From Coniocarpon cinnabarinum (Eukaryota), in NCBI GenBank assembly GCA_051942205.1, contig JAVECO010000063.1, positions 62,001 through 117,458 of the forward strand: 55,458 bases of DNA, written 5' to 3'. Below, piece after piece: positions 1 through 10,806 of this stretch; positions within the stretch are counted from its first letter, which is position 1, and every line of letters begins with the position of its first letter. The translations under genes and the position numbers were made by a program. Under the pieces are notes generated by a model. The model was given only the letters and a program-made list of their open reading frames with translations, did no database searches and had not been told where the DNA came from.

Positions 1-1095
1 TATCTGGCTCGAATTGCAGCCAGAATTCCCCACTTTGAACCTATGGAGGAGCCGGAAATGCATTGGATCCGAATGGTGAACGCCGGCGAGAGGGTCACGG
101 TGAACAAGTGCGCATTTGGTTATTTGTCTCAGCGCATCGTCTTTTATCTGCTGAACCTGCATACCAAACATCGGCAAACCTACTTCGCCCGTGCGGGAAC
201 TACCAGGGATGAGGACTCATACAAAGCGGATGCTTCCCTGTCGGAGGAAGGTGAAGACTATGCCTGGAAGATGACAGAGACTTTGATCAAGTGGAGAGAG
301 CAAGAGCGGCTGAACAGTATCCGGAATGGCGGTAGCGCCGCTCCTTTGAAGCCTTTGACCGTTTGGACATCGACGCGAAGGCGGACTGTCGAGACGTCGC
401 GACACTTTCGCAATCAAGGCTACCGAGTACGGCAACGTCCGCAAATGAGTCAACTCAATCCTGGGGTCTGTGAAAAGCTATCAGAGGCAAGGATACGAAG
501 GGAATATCCAGACGAAGTCCACAAGCATGAGACAGACCCTTATCATCATAGATATCCCCGAGCAGAGGTAAGTCAGCATGCGCGTGGTGATTAGTGTGTT
601 CTTGCTCACAAAGATAAACAGTCCTACCATGATCTTGCAGTTCGCATGGAACCAATCATCTTGGAATTGGAACGGGAAGAGAACGATTTGCTTATCATTG
701 CCCATGAGTCCGTTCTGCGCGTCTTGTACGGATACCTGATGGCATGTAACGCGGCCGACATTCCCAAGCTTGAGTTCCCTCGCGATCAGATCATAGAGAT
801 TTCGCCGAGTTCGTATGAGAACGTCGCTGATCGTATCGAGATTGCCGGGCTGCCACAGCACATCGTCCCCGCCAGTCCAGAAGATATCTTCATAGCATCG
901 CCACCAAGCGGTCTGGATACCCCGTTCTCCGGTCTCGGCACACCCGAGATAAGGACCCCGGGAATATGGACTCCAACCAGTAACACGCCACGACTCGATG
1001 GTCTCGAAATCCAACCCAACGGCAACTCGCCCACTAACAAGGATTCAAAGCCTCTTTCGCTCGCGCAGAGACTCAACGTGAACCCTTCGCAATAG
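1..1095 (+). CDS. 6-phosphofructo-2-kinase/fructose-2,6-bisphosphatase family protein, 3' part (PFK26-like), truncated by the window start
   Basis: Open from base 1 (YLARIAARIPHFEPMEE). Motifs GYLSQRIVFYLLNLH, VWTSTRRRTVET and DPYHHRYPRAE|SYHDLAVRMEPIILELERE...LLIIAHESVLRVLYGY. Intron 568-621 (GTAAGT...AAACAG) joins the two ORFs in frame. Confidence 0.9.
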
Positions 1096-1256
1096 TGATC
1101 AGAGGGAGGAGTGAGGTCAAAGTTTCAATAGGCCACGGTATGCAGAGCGTCAAATGCAGCCATGTCGCGGCTTTTGAAGGCGAATTAGAGTGCCCCAGGG
1201 TTTTCCTGCCTTGTGATTGAACGGAGGCATGCAGTCAGAGGGTATGATGGATGAAT

Positions 1257-1349
1257 ATCTGGGGTAGTATCCGTGAGCGAACAGTGCTTTGACTGGAGCA
1301 TGCTTGTTGATGCGGCTCGCCTCGCGAGTGTCGCGTAAATCTGGGGTAG
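1257..1349 (+). promoter_or_regulatory. Direct repeat ATCTGGGGTAG (1257-1267, 1339-1349) matching the CreA/Mig1 SYGGRG site with AT-rich 5' flank
   Basis: Identical 11-mer occurs twice, each copy preceded by A/T residues. Function is inferred only. Confidence 0.3.
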
Positions 1350-2927
1350 GGTCTCGTGCAGACCTGCTCGCTCAAGGTGCCCGAGCTTTCGACCAGCCAG
1401 GGTTGCTCGTTGCTTCAAGATCAGACGAAGGCACACGCACATGCTGCGCACTAGCTGTTCGGCGCGAACAGGAATTCACGTGGTGCCGGCGCTACGAAGC
1501 AAAGCCGCCCCACCGAGACGATTTACAGACGTGAGCCAAATGAAAGGGAGGTTACATCGGGGCGGTGGCTGTTAGGCGTGCTGCAGCGAAGATTCTTCGT
1601 GTCTTCTAGCGGCTTTCAGCCATCGGGCGACCCTTCCTGCAGACGGAAAAGAGTGCCGTCTGCAACGTGGTGATCAAAAAAGCTTGACAGCTGGGAGCTG
1701 GCGTGGCGAGCGTGGATTGCACAACAGCAGGATGACGATGTATTTGACGCCTACGCGCTCTCGATTGGAGCACGCCCTATTGCAGGAGTCGCATCGAACC
1801 TGCAGATCGTGTCGGTGGCTCTCCGCCGGGACTCTAGAATCGAGGTCCTCTTGCAGGAATCCGTACAGCAGACGCATTGGTCGATGCAGGGCCCTATTTC
1901 CACGGATCGTACACCTACTCGAGTCCGACAGCTGCCGTTCCTGGTTCTTGACTGTCGGCGCTCCAATAACGGCATTACATGAATGTAGCGCGTGGCGATA
2001 GCAGCTGTCGGTGTGTGTGTGCGGTGCGATCCCGAAGTGAAGAACGAGCGGTGAAGAGGCTCGCAGAATGTACAACACCGGTCCATTAGTCTGGGGTTGC
2101 TGGAGGATTAAGCAAACACACAGCGAGCGCCATGTGAATAATAGCTCAACAAATAGATTGCGCTGCAGAGGGTGTCGAGTCAGATGCAGCGCATATCCTC
2201 TCGCCAACGCTTGACTGTTGTGGTGCGCGTACGACATAACATGTGACGCCCGATCGCCGCACAGGGCCGAACAGCCGTCGGTCGTGAGCATGACCACCTC
2301 ATTGACGTGCGCCGGGAGAGGGAGCAGCACCGCCTGGCGTGAGGCTCTTGACGCCAGTGCTGCGAACTGTGGGAGACGGTGCCGAGAAGAGCCGCGTTTG
2401 GTAGACGGCGACCGCCACAAGCGTCGCCCAGACAGTTTGGGCAGCGGGGACTGAGGGCATGTGGCATGACGCGCGAGTCGCCCAGACTGGACCAGGACGG
2501 CTGAAAAGCAGTCACGAGCTCACGAGTGCCGTGTAGCTGCGCAGCTCAGGCCTGACAGCGGGATTTCTAGGATTGCCAGGATTTCAAGGGAGGAGAGACT
2601 GAAGCGGACGAGTGAGACGAGGCAGGCGAGCACGAGCACGAGCATGAGCGGTGGACGCGGTGTGAGTGGCCCATCCTTGCTCCCCATGCAGCCATCGCAT
2701 GCGCCGCATCCCGGTTCGCAGGTGTTCCAGAGCCCAGCACGCTCCCTCACAAGGCAACTGAAGCTCTGCAGAACCCCGCTCCCACGAGCACGAGTGGTGC
2801 TGCTGCAGTGAGACACCTCGCACGACAACGCGGTGGAAGCGAGTGGCCACGCCGGAGGGAGAGAGAGTGGCGGGTGGAGTCGCAGGTGGACGGGCAGGAT
2901 TTGGCTGTGGACTGTGTGTGTACTCCG

Positions 2928-2964
2928 TATGCGGGGTCTCCAATGCGGAAAACTGTTTCTGGGG
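2928..2964 (+). promoter_or_regulatory. Candidate CreA/Mig1 sites (GCGGGG 2931, CTGGGG 2959) flanking CGGAAAA, upstream of the sugar transporter
   Basis: Consensus matches about 0.9 kb upstream of a high-affinity-type hexose transporter. Motifs this short can arise by chance. Confidence 0.3.
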
Positions 2965-3849
2965 GAAGCATCAGCAGGAGAGGCGCTGATTGGCCGCCGT
3001 CAGCATTGGGCGGAGCGAGGGCAGCTGCAGCGGCAATGGCGCCACCGACTCGTGTCACTTGCCCTCATCTCCGTCATCTCCATCATCTCCAACCATCGTC
3101 GCTCCGATGCGGTTAAGGGTAGGTGAGGATGCGCTGGCCCGTGCGTCTGTACTTCGTCCGCCGTCCTTTGTCCTCCGTACCAGGTGCTTGTCCATTGTTA
3201 GCACACGTCGAGGAGCTCTCTTTTCTCGCCTCCGCAGCTCGTCCATTCTTCGTCTCAATCGTCGCAACGCTCCCGTCGAGCTGTGCGGCCGGTGCTGGTG
3301 CTGGTAGCGACAATGCATCGCCCAGCGCCACCACACTGGCCGGGATGCATCTTGCTGCGTCGTCGCATTCCAGACGATCGTTGCAGCAACGGGGCGTCGA
3401 GCTGCTTCGTCTGTCGACAGGTCCCTTTAGCCGCACCACCACCCACTCACCCACAGCCCACACTGCCCACACTGTACCTGAGACCCTTGGACTCGCTCTG
3501 GTGCAACAAGCCGTCACCACCCCCGGAGTCAATGCAACCACGCGAGTCAACTAGCCTTGCCCTCCCCCACCAATCCCGCGCCCGTCCACGAGCCTCCGAG
3601 CTTCGCCAACGCCGCTCGCTGCTGCACCTGACGCTCTCTTCATAAGCTGGCCCTGGTCGCCTTCATCTTCCTCCATCTTTCTCATCCTTCTTCCATCTCT
3701 CACAACCTCTCTTCCTCCTCCTCCTTCCCTCCCTCCAACAACTCCTCGTCATTCTCTACTGACGACGAGCATTTATTCAAAGGCGTCCCATCGCCTCTTG
3801 ATCCTTACTCTTTGCCTTACCGTGACGACTTGCCATTGATACCGCCACC

Positions 3850-5628
3850 ATGTATCAAATCGGCAACGTCTACGTGATTTCGGCCCTTGCGGTGTAAGTT
3901 ACCATAACTCTTGAGCCTTCGACAGGCACAAGGGATGACCCCGGGTTTCACAACGCTGACTGTTTCTTCGCAGCATCGGTGGTGGTCTCTTTGGTTTCGA
4001 TATCTCGTCGATGTCAGCCATTCTCTCGGAGCAATCCTACCTCTGTTACTTCAACCAAGCCCCGTACTTTGACCCGGACACTGGCAAATGCAAAGGTCCA
4101 ACGTCGAGCGTCCAGGGTGGTATCACCGCTGCCATGCCTGGTGGCTCGTTCCTTGGTGCCTTCATCTCTGGTTTCCTTACCGACCGCATCGGTCGTAAGA
4201 AGGCCATCATGGTCGCCTGTGTTGTCTGGTGAGTCCGCCTTGAATCGCGAGCTTTGCTCGAGACGCCGCTAACGAGGTTCCCCAAGGCTTGTCGGTTCCA
4301 TCTTGGCCTGCGCTGCGCAGAACATCGGCATGCTTGTTGTCGCCCGTGTCATCTGCGGTATTTGTGTCGGCATCGCTTCCGCTCAAGTTCCAACCTACAT
4401 CTCCGAATTGGCCCAGCCCAACCGTCGTGGCCGTCTGGTCGGTGCTCAACAGTGGGCCATCACCTGGGGTATCCTCATCATGTTCTACGTCTCGTACGGC
4501 ACCTCGTTCCTCGACGGCACTGCTTCCTGGCGCCTTCCATGGGGTCTCCAGATGATTCCCGGCATCATTCTTCTCATCGGTCTCTTCTTCACGCCCGAGT
4601 CTCCACGCTGGCTCGCCCGCAAGGGTCGATGGGACGAAGTTCAGCAGGTCGTGACCCTGGTCCACGGCAAGGGTGACCCAAATGCACCCCTGGTTGCCTT
4701 CGAAATGAAGGAGATCCGCGACATGGTCGACTTTGAGAAGGCCAACTCGGACGTGACTTACTTCGACCTGTTCAAGCCCCACATGATCAACCGGACCCAC
4801 ATCGCTTTCTTCATGCAAGTCTGGTCTCAACTTACGGGCATGAACGTCATGATGTACTACATCACCTACGTGTTCACCATGGCTGGAAAGACGTCTAACA
4901 ATGTTCTTCTGTCGTCTTCGATTCAGTATATCATCAACGTCGTCATGACTGTCCCTGCGCTTCTGTACATGGACCGCTGGGGTCGCCGCCCGACTTTGCT
5001 CGTCGGAGGTATCTTCATGATGATCTGGATGTTCGCCAACGCGGGTATTCTCAAGACTTACGGTTCGCCAGCGCCTCCTGGTGGTCTTGAAGGCAAGTCC
5101 GAAGCTTCTTGGCAGGTGTCCGGCTCCGCCGCCACTGGTGTGATTGCTTGCACATACCTCTTTGTGGCCTCGTATGCACCAACATGGGGTCCAGTCTCAT
5201 GGACCTACCCACCAGAGCTTTTCCCCATGCGCGAGCGTGGGAAGGGCACTGCCTTGGCCACCATGGGTAACTGGATGTTCAACTTCGCCCTGGCGTACTT
5301 TGTGCCGCCGGCTTTCGTCAACATCAAGTGGGAAGTTTACATCCTCTTTGGTGTCTTCCTCTTCGCCATGACGACCCACGTTTACTTCATGTTCCCGGAG
5401 ACGTCCTTGAAGACCCTTGAAGACACGCGCGATGTGTTCGAGGACCCGAACGGCATCAAGTACATCGGCACCCCCGCATGGAAGACCAAGAAGGGCCACG
5501 CTGTGCGCGATGTCGAGAATGGCTCTTTCTCTGCCCAAGGCGGCTTTGGTGGACCAACCGTCGACTCTGGATCATCGTCTGGTGATGAGAAGGTCATCAC
5601 TCACGAGACACCTGGCAAGGTAGCGTGA
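3850..5628 (+). CDS. MFS sugar porter, HGT1-like high-affinity glucose/monosaccharide transporter
   Basis: ATG in GCCACCATG context; MYQIGNVYVISALAVIGGGLFGFDISSMSA. Introns 3894-3973 and 4229-4286. Sugar-porter motifs DRIGRK, YISELAQ...RGRL, PESPRWL, QLTGMNVMMYY, DRWGRR, PELFP and PET. Confidence 0.93.
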
Positions 5629-6365
5629 GAATCGGGTTAGAAACCCGCATGAGCATGCGTGCATGGTCACGGCGTTCATTCTGTCCTCCATATCTGGGAT
5701 TGGAAGCGACTAGAGCTATATACTCCCATCTGGAGGATAATGAATGGAGAACTCTCGTGGTCTCGGACGGGCCCGAGGGTATATTTTTACATAACCGCAG
5801 TGACGAGACGGATGGGTTGCGCGTATCTGCTCCACTGCCTGGTTTATACCCGCTTGAATATTTTCTGTATCCAATCACATTTTCCGCAATCCTCTTCAAC
5901 CCTGCCATTGCAGATTTCTTCCTCCCGGTGTAGGTTTTTACTCGTCCTATTTACTGAGACATTCGCGCGAGGTAGCAAAAGATGCTCAGCCAGCCAAACA
6001 CTCTGTATGGTGCATCACGGAGCCTTGGCTGCAAACGAGACGTGGCGTCGGTGGAGCCTACCAGCGAGAACGCCAGGGGCTCATATTACCTGGCCAGCTG
6101 TTGGATTCCCATCAGATCGGCCATCTCATCCACACAGCTCCTTCCAGGTGATGGCAATCTCCCTCAAGTCCGCTCCCGGCTCCCGTCGATCCTTCAGGAA
6201 TGGGGGCCAGATCCATCATGCGTGCCGCGTTGACCTTGTGAACGATCTGGACGGCGATGCAAGGAGGCAAGACTGGCTACATCGCGTGATGCATGGCCTC
6301 TCCGAACGTGCGCGCGACCGCGTGAGACACTGAAGCATCCAGCCACACTGTCTGTGGCCTTTTTA

Positions 6366-6574
6366 CCCCAGCGTTTACCCCGGATCTGCAACGCCACCCC
6401 CTAACCCTTGTCCACTACACCGGTACTTCTCTCTCGAGTGCAACCATACAACTATCTAAGTACCTCGCCGCAAGCAACTGACCCAACGTGCTTGCCAATT
6501 GGAGGCACTCAATGCAGAATCTCCCCGCAATACCTACGCAAGCGCCGGTCTTCGACCCTGGAATGTACCCCCAG
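6366..6574 (-). promoter_or_regulatory. Cluster of four SYGGRG (CreA-type) sites upstream of the glycoside hydrolase
   Basis: CCCCAG 6366, CCCCGG 6378 (tandem TTTACCCC), CCCCGC 6523 and CCCCAG 6569. Fits carbon catabolite repression of a CAZyme. Confidence 0.35.
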
Positions 6575-6920
6575 ACCCACCTAATAAGCAAACCCTCGGC
6601 CAAGTGACGGACCGTAATTAATTTGCCTACCAGGCATGCGCGGCGCAACATGGGGTCACGTCACGAGGACTGCAACGAGTTGTGTGCCCGGATCTCCTCG
6701 GGCGCCCAGAAGTTCCAAAAATGCAGCCCACGCAGGATTCGCGCGAAGGACGCTCAGAGGATTGCGGCTGTTTCAGTCCGTGTTGTGCGTCCTTTTCGCG
6801 GGCTGGGCCATCCGGAATACGGAAGCGTCGTCCTTCTTGTGGGGGGGCCGAGGAGCTATAGAGACTGTTTCTAGAGACAGTGGTTACCTTGGTGGCTTTG
6901 CGGAAGCGCAGCAGAAGATC

Positions 6921-9462
6921 ATGGGGTTTTCGTGGAAGAAGCTTGCAGGATTGGGTGCTGCTGTTGAAGCAGTGGCGGCGCAAGAAAACGCTCGTGAGTG
7001 ATAGCCCCTTTGCAGGTAATTGGCAAGTGCATGCTGGATTTGTAAGACTTTCATTGGACGCGATGGAAAATGCTACCTGCACGTGAAATCATTAATGCTA
7101 TCCTAGCCGCCGCCGCAAGATGATATTGAATTCGAAATTACTGTCATGGTCTTCACGGAAAGCTAGCGCTAAGAGTCACTCAACTTCATACTAACCCACA
7201 TCACAGTGCTACCCCTAAAACTTACGCCACTCCCGCTCGGCAGTACCACACCTAACGGCTGGCTATCGAATGAACTTCGCACTGAAGCAGCTGGGCTCGC
7301 TGGCAACGAGTACACCTTCTACGACTACGTCCAGAATGCCAACTGGATTGGTGGAGACAGCACCTACAGTGATTTGAACGAGGGGTTTCCTTACTGGTTC
7401 AATGGACTAGTACCGCTAGCGTACGGCCTGGACGACGAAAGGTTGAAGAGCCAAGTGCATGATGCGGCGACGAAAGTCTTGAATATGCAGTATGATGACG
7501 GATGGTTGGGGCCGGAGCAGGTCGGGTGGAGGAACTTCTGGGGACGGTATGTGCCAATTGCCTGCTGCGAGATCGCGTTCGCGTTCGCGTTACGATGGCA
7601 AAATCTCGTCGAAACATCTTGACTGATCGTAATAGGACCCCATTCCTCCTCGGCCTCACCAATCTCATCGACGCCAACGCCACCTGGGCCGATCAAGCCC
7701 TGCCGGCCCTCTCGAAGTTCTACACCCTTATGCACAACATGCTTCAAAACAACTACACGGGTTACCACGTCCAAGCCTCCGACTACATCAGCGAGGGTGA
7801 CACGACGTGGGGACGCGTCCGCTACCAAGATCTCATCATCAGTCTCATCTGGATGTATGAACAGCATGCGGACGCCATGGACAACAGCAACATCCTGATC
7901 GACAATATGAACTATCTGATCAATGGGAGTCTCAGCTGGAACAACTGGTACAATCAAGACACGTACATTTTCGGCGACTTGTGGACGCTGCCGGATCCAG
8001 GGCCCAACCTGGGTCCGTATGTGCATGGCGTCAACACGGGACAAGGACTGAAAGCACCGGCTGTGGACCGGCGGGTGACGCGTGACGATTCTTTGTTGAC
8101 GACGGCGTCAAACGCCGTGAACTGGACGTTTCAATACCATGGCGCGGCGAGTGGGACTGTGCTGGCGGATGAACGCATTGATGGGTTGAGTCCTTGGTCT
8201 GGGTATGTGCACCTTTGCTCTGATGCTCGTCGAGCTGTTGTTGGAGGACATTGTCGGAGGTCATCATGGTCAATGGACGAAAAGCTGACGCAACCCTCCC
8301 CCTCAGGTCGGAGCTGTGCACAGCCGTCGAGACCATGTTCTCATTGAGCTATCTTTATCAAGCACTAGGTGACAGCAAGTACGCAGACGCCGCAGAGCGG
8401 ACCGCGTTTAACGCACTACCGGCAATGTTAACGCCCGACTGGTGAGTCAAAGTATACCTTTGAGAGACTTGTGGCGAGAAGAGCCTCAGTTGACCCAGCG
8501 CTCATAGGTGGTCACACCAATACATGGCCCAACCCAACCAGCCCTACTCCCAAAACCTCACAGCATCTCCCTTTTCTAGCTCCGGCACCTATGCACAGGT
8601 CTTCGGTCTCGAGCCCCAGTACCCCTGCTGCACGGTCAATCACCCGCAAGGCCTTCCCAAATACCTCATGAACTCCTACGCCCAATCGGGCGACAACGCT
8701 ATCGCTCATACGCTTTTGGGTCCCGCCTCCGTCAAGACCCAACTCCCTGGATCAGGGGGTCAAGTGTCGATCGACTGTGAGACGAACTATCCCTTTGGCT
8801 CGACGCTGAAATACACGATCACGTCCGCAGGCGCGTTCGACTTGCTTGTCCGCGTCCCTGCCTGGGCTTCTGGCGATTCATCCATTGCAGTGGGCAACGC
8901 GGCGTCCGGCCCTGTCTCGCCGGATCCAACTACAGGCTTGCACACTGTCTCCCTCCAGGGCGGTCAAAACACCGTCACTTACAAGCTCGGCAGCAGCCTC
9001 TACACGGCACCTCGCGCCAACGACACCGTCGCTGTATACAATGGTGCCCTCCTCTACGCGCTCGACGTGCCCAATAGCAACCACTCCATCTATCCCCGGA
9101 CGCCAGACGGCAGCGCAGCGAAGCCAGCCGGTCTCCCTTCTCAGTCAGTGGACTGGGTCTTCACCAATACATCCGCCTGGAACTACGCCATCGATCCCAG
9201 CACGTTGAAGTATCAACAATCCATTGATGATTCCACGCCGTTGCCGGACCCCGTCTTCGCACCGGGTAACACTGGCAATAGCATTACGGCGAGGGCGTGT
9301 CGGATTGACTGGCCCTTGTGGCTGGGTAGTGTGCCAGGCGCGCCACCGACGGGCGATCAGAGGAAGTGCGTCGGTGATCCGGAGACGGTCACGTTGGTGC
9401 CGTATGGAAGTGCGAAGACGAGGATGGCGGAGCTGCCTACTATTGATTTGGGAGGTCGATAG
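6921..9462 (+). CDS. Secreted GH127/GH146-like (DUF1680) beta-L-arabinofuranosidase
   Basis: Signal-peptide-like exon 1 [21 protein letters not shown]. Introns 6994-7206, 7547-7635, 8203-8306 and 8442-8507 all restore frame. Motifs [67 protein letters not shown] and LVPYG. Confidence 0.85.
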
Positions 9463-10079
9463 CATTCGGTGCTTGTTGAGTAAGTGTTTATTGCCCTTCT
9501 ATATGTAGCTTTCGTTATGAAATGACAAACACATGATGGTAATTTGGACCAATCGTGGGCTGTTTCACCGCAGTGCTTCTCAGCAGACACGCCCAAGAGA
9601 GGTTAAATCCGCAAATGGACTTTTGTGAAAGTTGCCAAACAGTACCCGTCATTCCTGGCAAATTGCGAATGCTGTCCCGTAGCATTGCTGTCTCCAAGTA
9701 GCAGTATGCTCTTATTGCGGGCTTGAATTTTGCGAAAATTCAATCACTCCTCCTCCAAAGTGCTCCAAGGATCGCTTTGCTTGCGCAAGAGATGCTATGT
9801 CGCTGCTAGCCCTTCCGCGATGTCCTCACAACCACAATCTCATCGCCTTCCCCCGGATGCCCCACTCCCCACCAGTTCATCACTGTTCATAGCGGGCTCC
9901 ACATCTCATGGCGTTGCACCGCGACGGTGCTGTTCGACCATCGTGCTTTCTTCTTCTAGCAGTTCCACTTCAAGACTCCGATGTTCCTGAAATGTGACAG
10001 ACCGAAAGCCACGTCATATCATTTCCCACTCGTTACGTTCAAGTCCTGTCGCTTCGCAGTCGGGCTTCATGGCAGTTGC

Positions 10080-10604
10080 TTAACCGCCATGCAAAGTACT
10101 CACAAACACAACCTCATCCCCCTCTTCAAGCACCGTCTCCCGCTCCTCCTCCAGCTCCCAATCCGCATCATTAATCAGCACCAAAATCCCCGGTCGCACC
10201 GTCATCCCTGCCCTCCACTTCCCATCGGCATCCTTTCTCAAATCCGCGACGTCCGCCCCTTGCGCTTTGTCGTCACCCTGTAATGGCTCCGAGTCCTGCA
10301 TGTCTTGTTCTTCGTCGGGGTTGAGACTGAAGAGGTCGCGGCGGGGTTTGGGGAGGTGGCTGTGGAAGGTTTGGGTGAGGTGGGCGATGAGATCGGCGAT
10401 TGTGGGGTTGGCTTTTGGTCTGGTTGGAGAAGAGGAGATGGGAAGGGAGATGGTGTGGTGGCGGGTGTTGTTGAAGAGGAGTTCGAGGCCGCCGGTAAAC
10501 GAGACGCGGATGGGGATGGCAGCGATGGGTGATTGGGTAGAGGCAGGCGGGCCGGGTGTTTCTTGAGTTGATGTGGGCGCGCTGGTCGCAAGAGTAGCAG
10601 CCAT
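10080..10604 (-). CDS. URM1: Ubiquitin-related modifier 1 (sulfur carrier for tRNA U34 thiolation)
   Basis: [11 protein letters not shown]...[16 protein letters not shown]...[10 protein letters not shown], with the diagnostic C-terminal HGG. Confidence 0.95.
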   Translation of the reverse strand: MAATLATSAPTSTQETPGPPASTQSPIAAIPIRVSFTGGLELLFNNTRHHTISLPISSSPTRPKANPTIADLIAHLTQTFHSHLPKPRRDLFSLNPDEEQDMQDSEPLQGDDKAQGADVADLRKDADGKWRAGMTVRPGILVLINDADWELEEERETVLEEGDEVVFVSTLHGG

Positions 10605-10806
10605 TGCGACTTCGATATTGCGCTAAGAAAAGATCTAGGCGAGATCTCCTACTACGCGACTGTGGAGCTCAATGGCAAACAGACCAGCAGCTTCACAACA
10701 GAAAAAGAGCGTGACTCGAGGTCCGCCAAGAGTTTGAGATGTGAATTTCCATTCTGGGATGTTGGCGCATTCTTCTTGAACAATCTTCAAAATCTTCCAT
10801 GTCTCG
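10605..10806. promoter_or_regulatory. Putative bidirectional promoter URM1/ELP2
   Basis: Only about 200 bp separates two divergent start codons. Confidence 0.7.

Noticed and set aside
1674..3645. Many overlapping 100-250 aa ORFs upstream of the sugar transporter
   Set aside because: Arg/Ser/Ala-rich, mostly non-ATG starts and no motifs. Expected by chance in GC-rich promoter DNA.
4207..4830. Long antisense ORFs opposite the transporter and other genes
   Set aside because: By-product of high GC3 codon bias on the sense strand.
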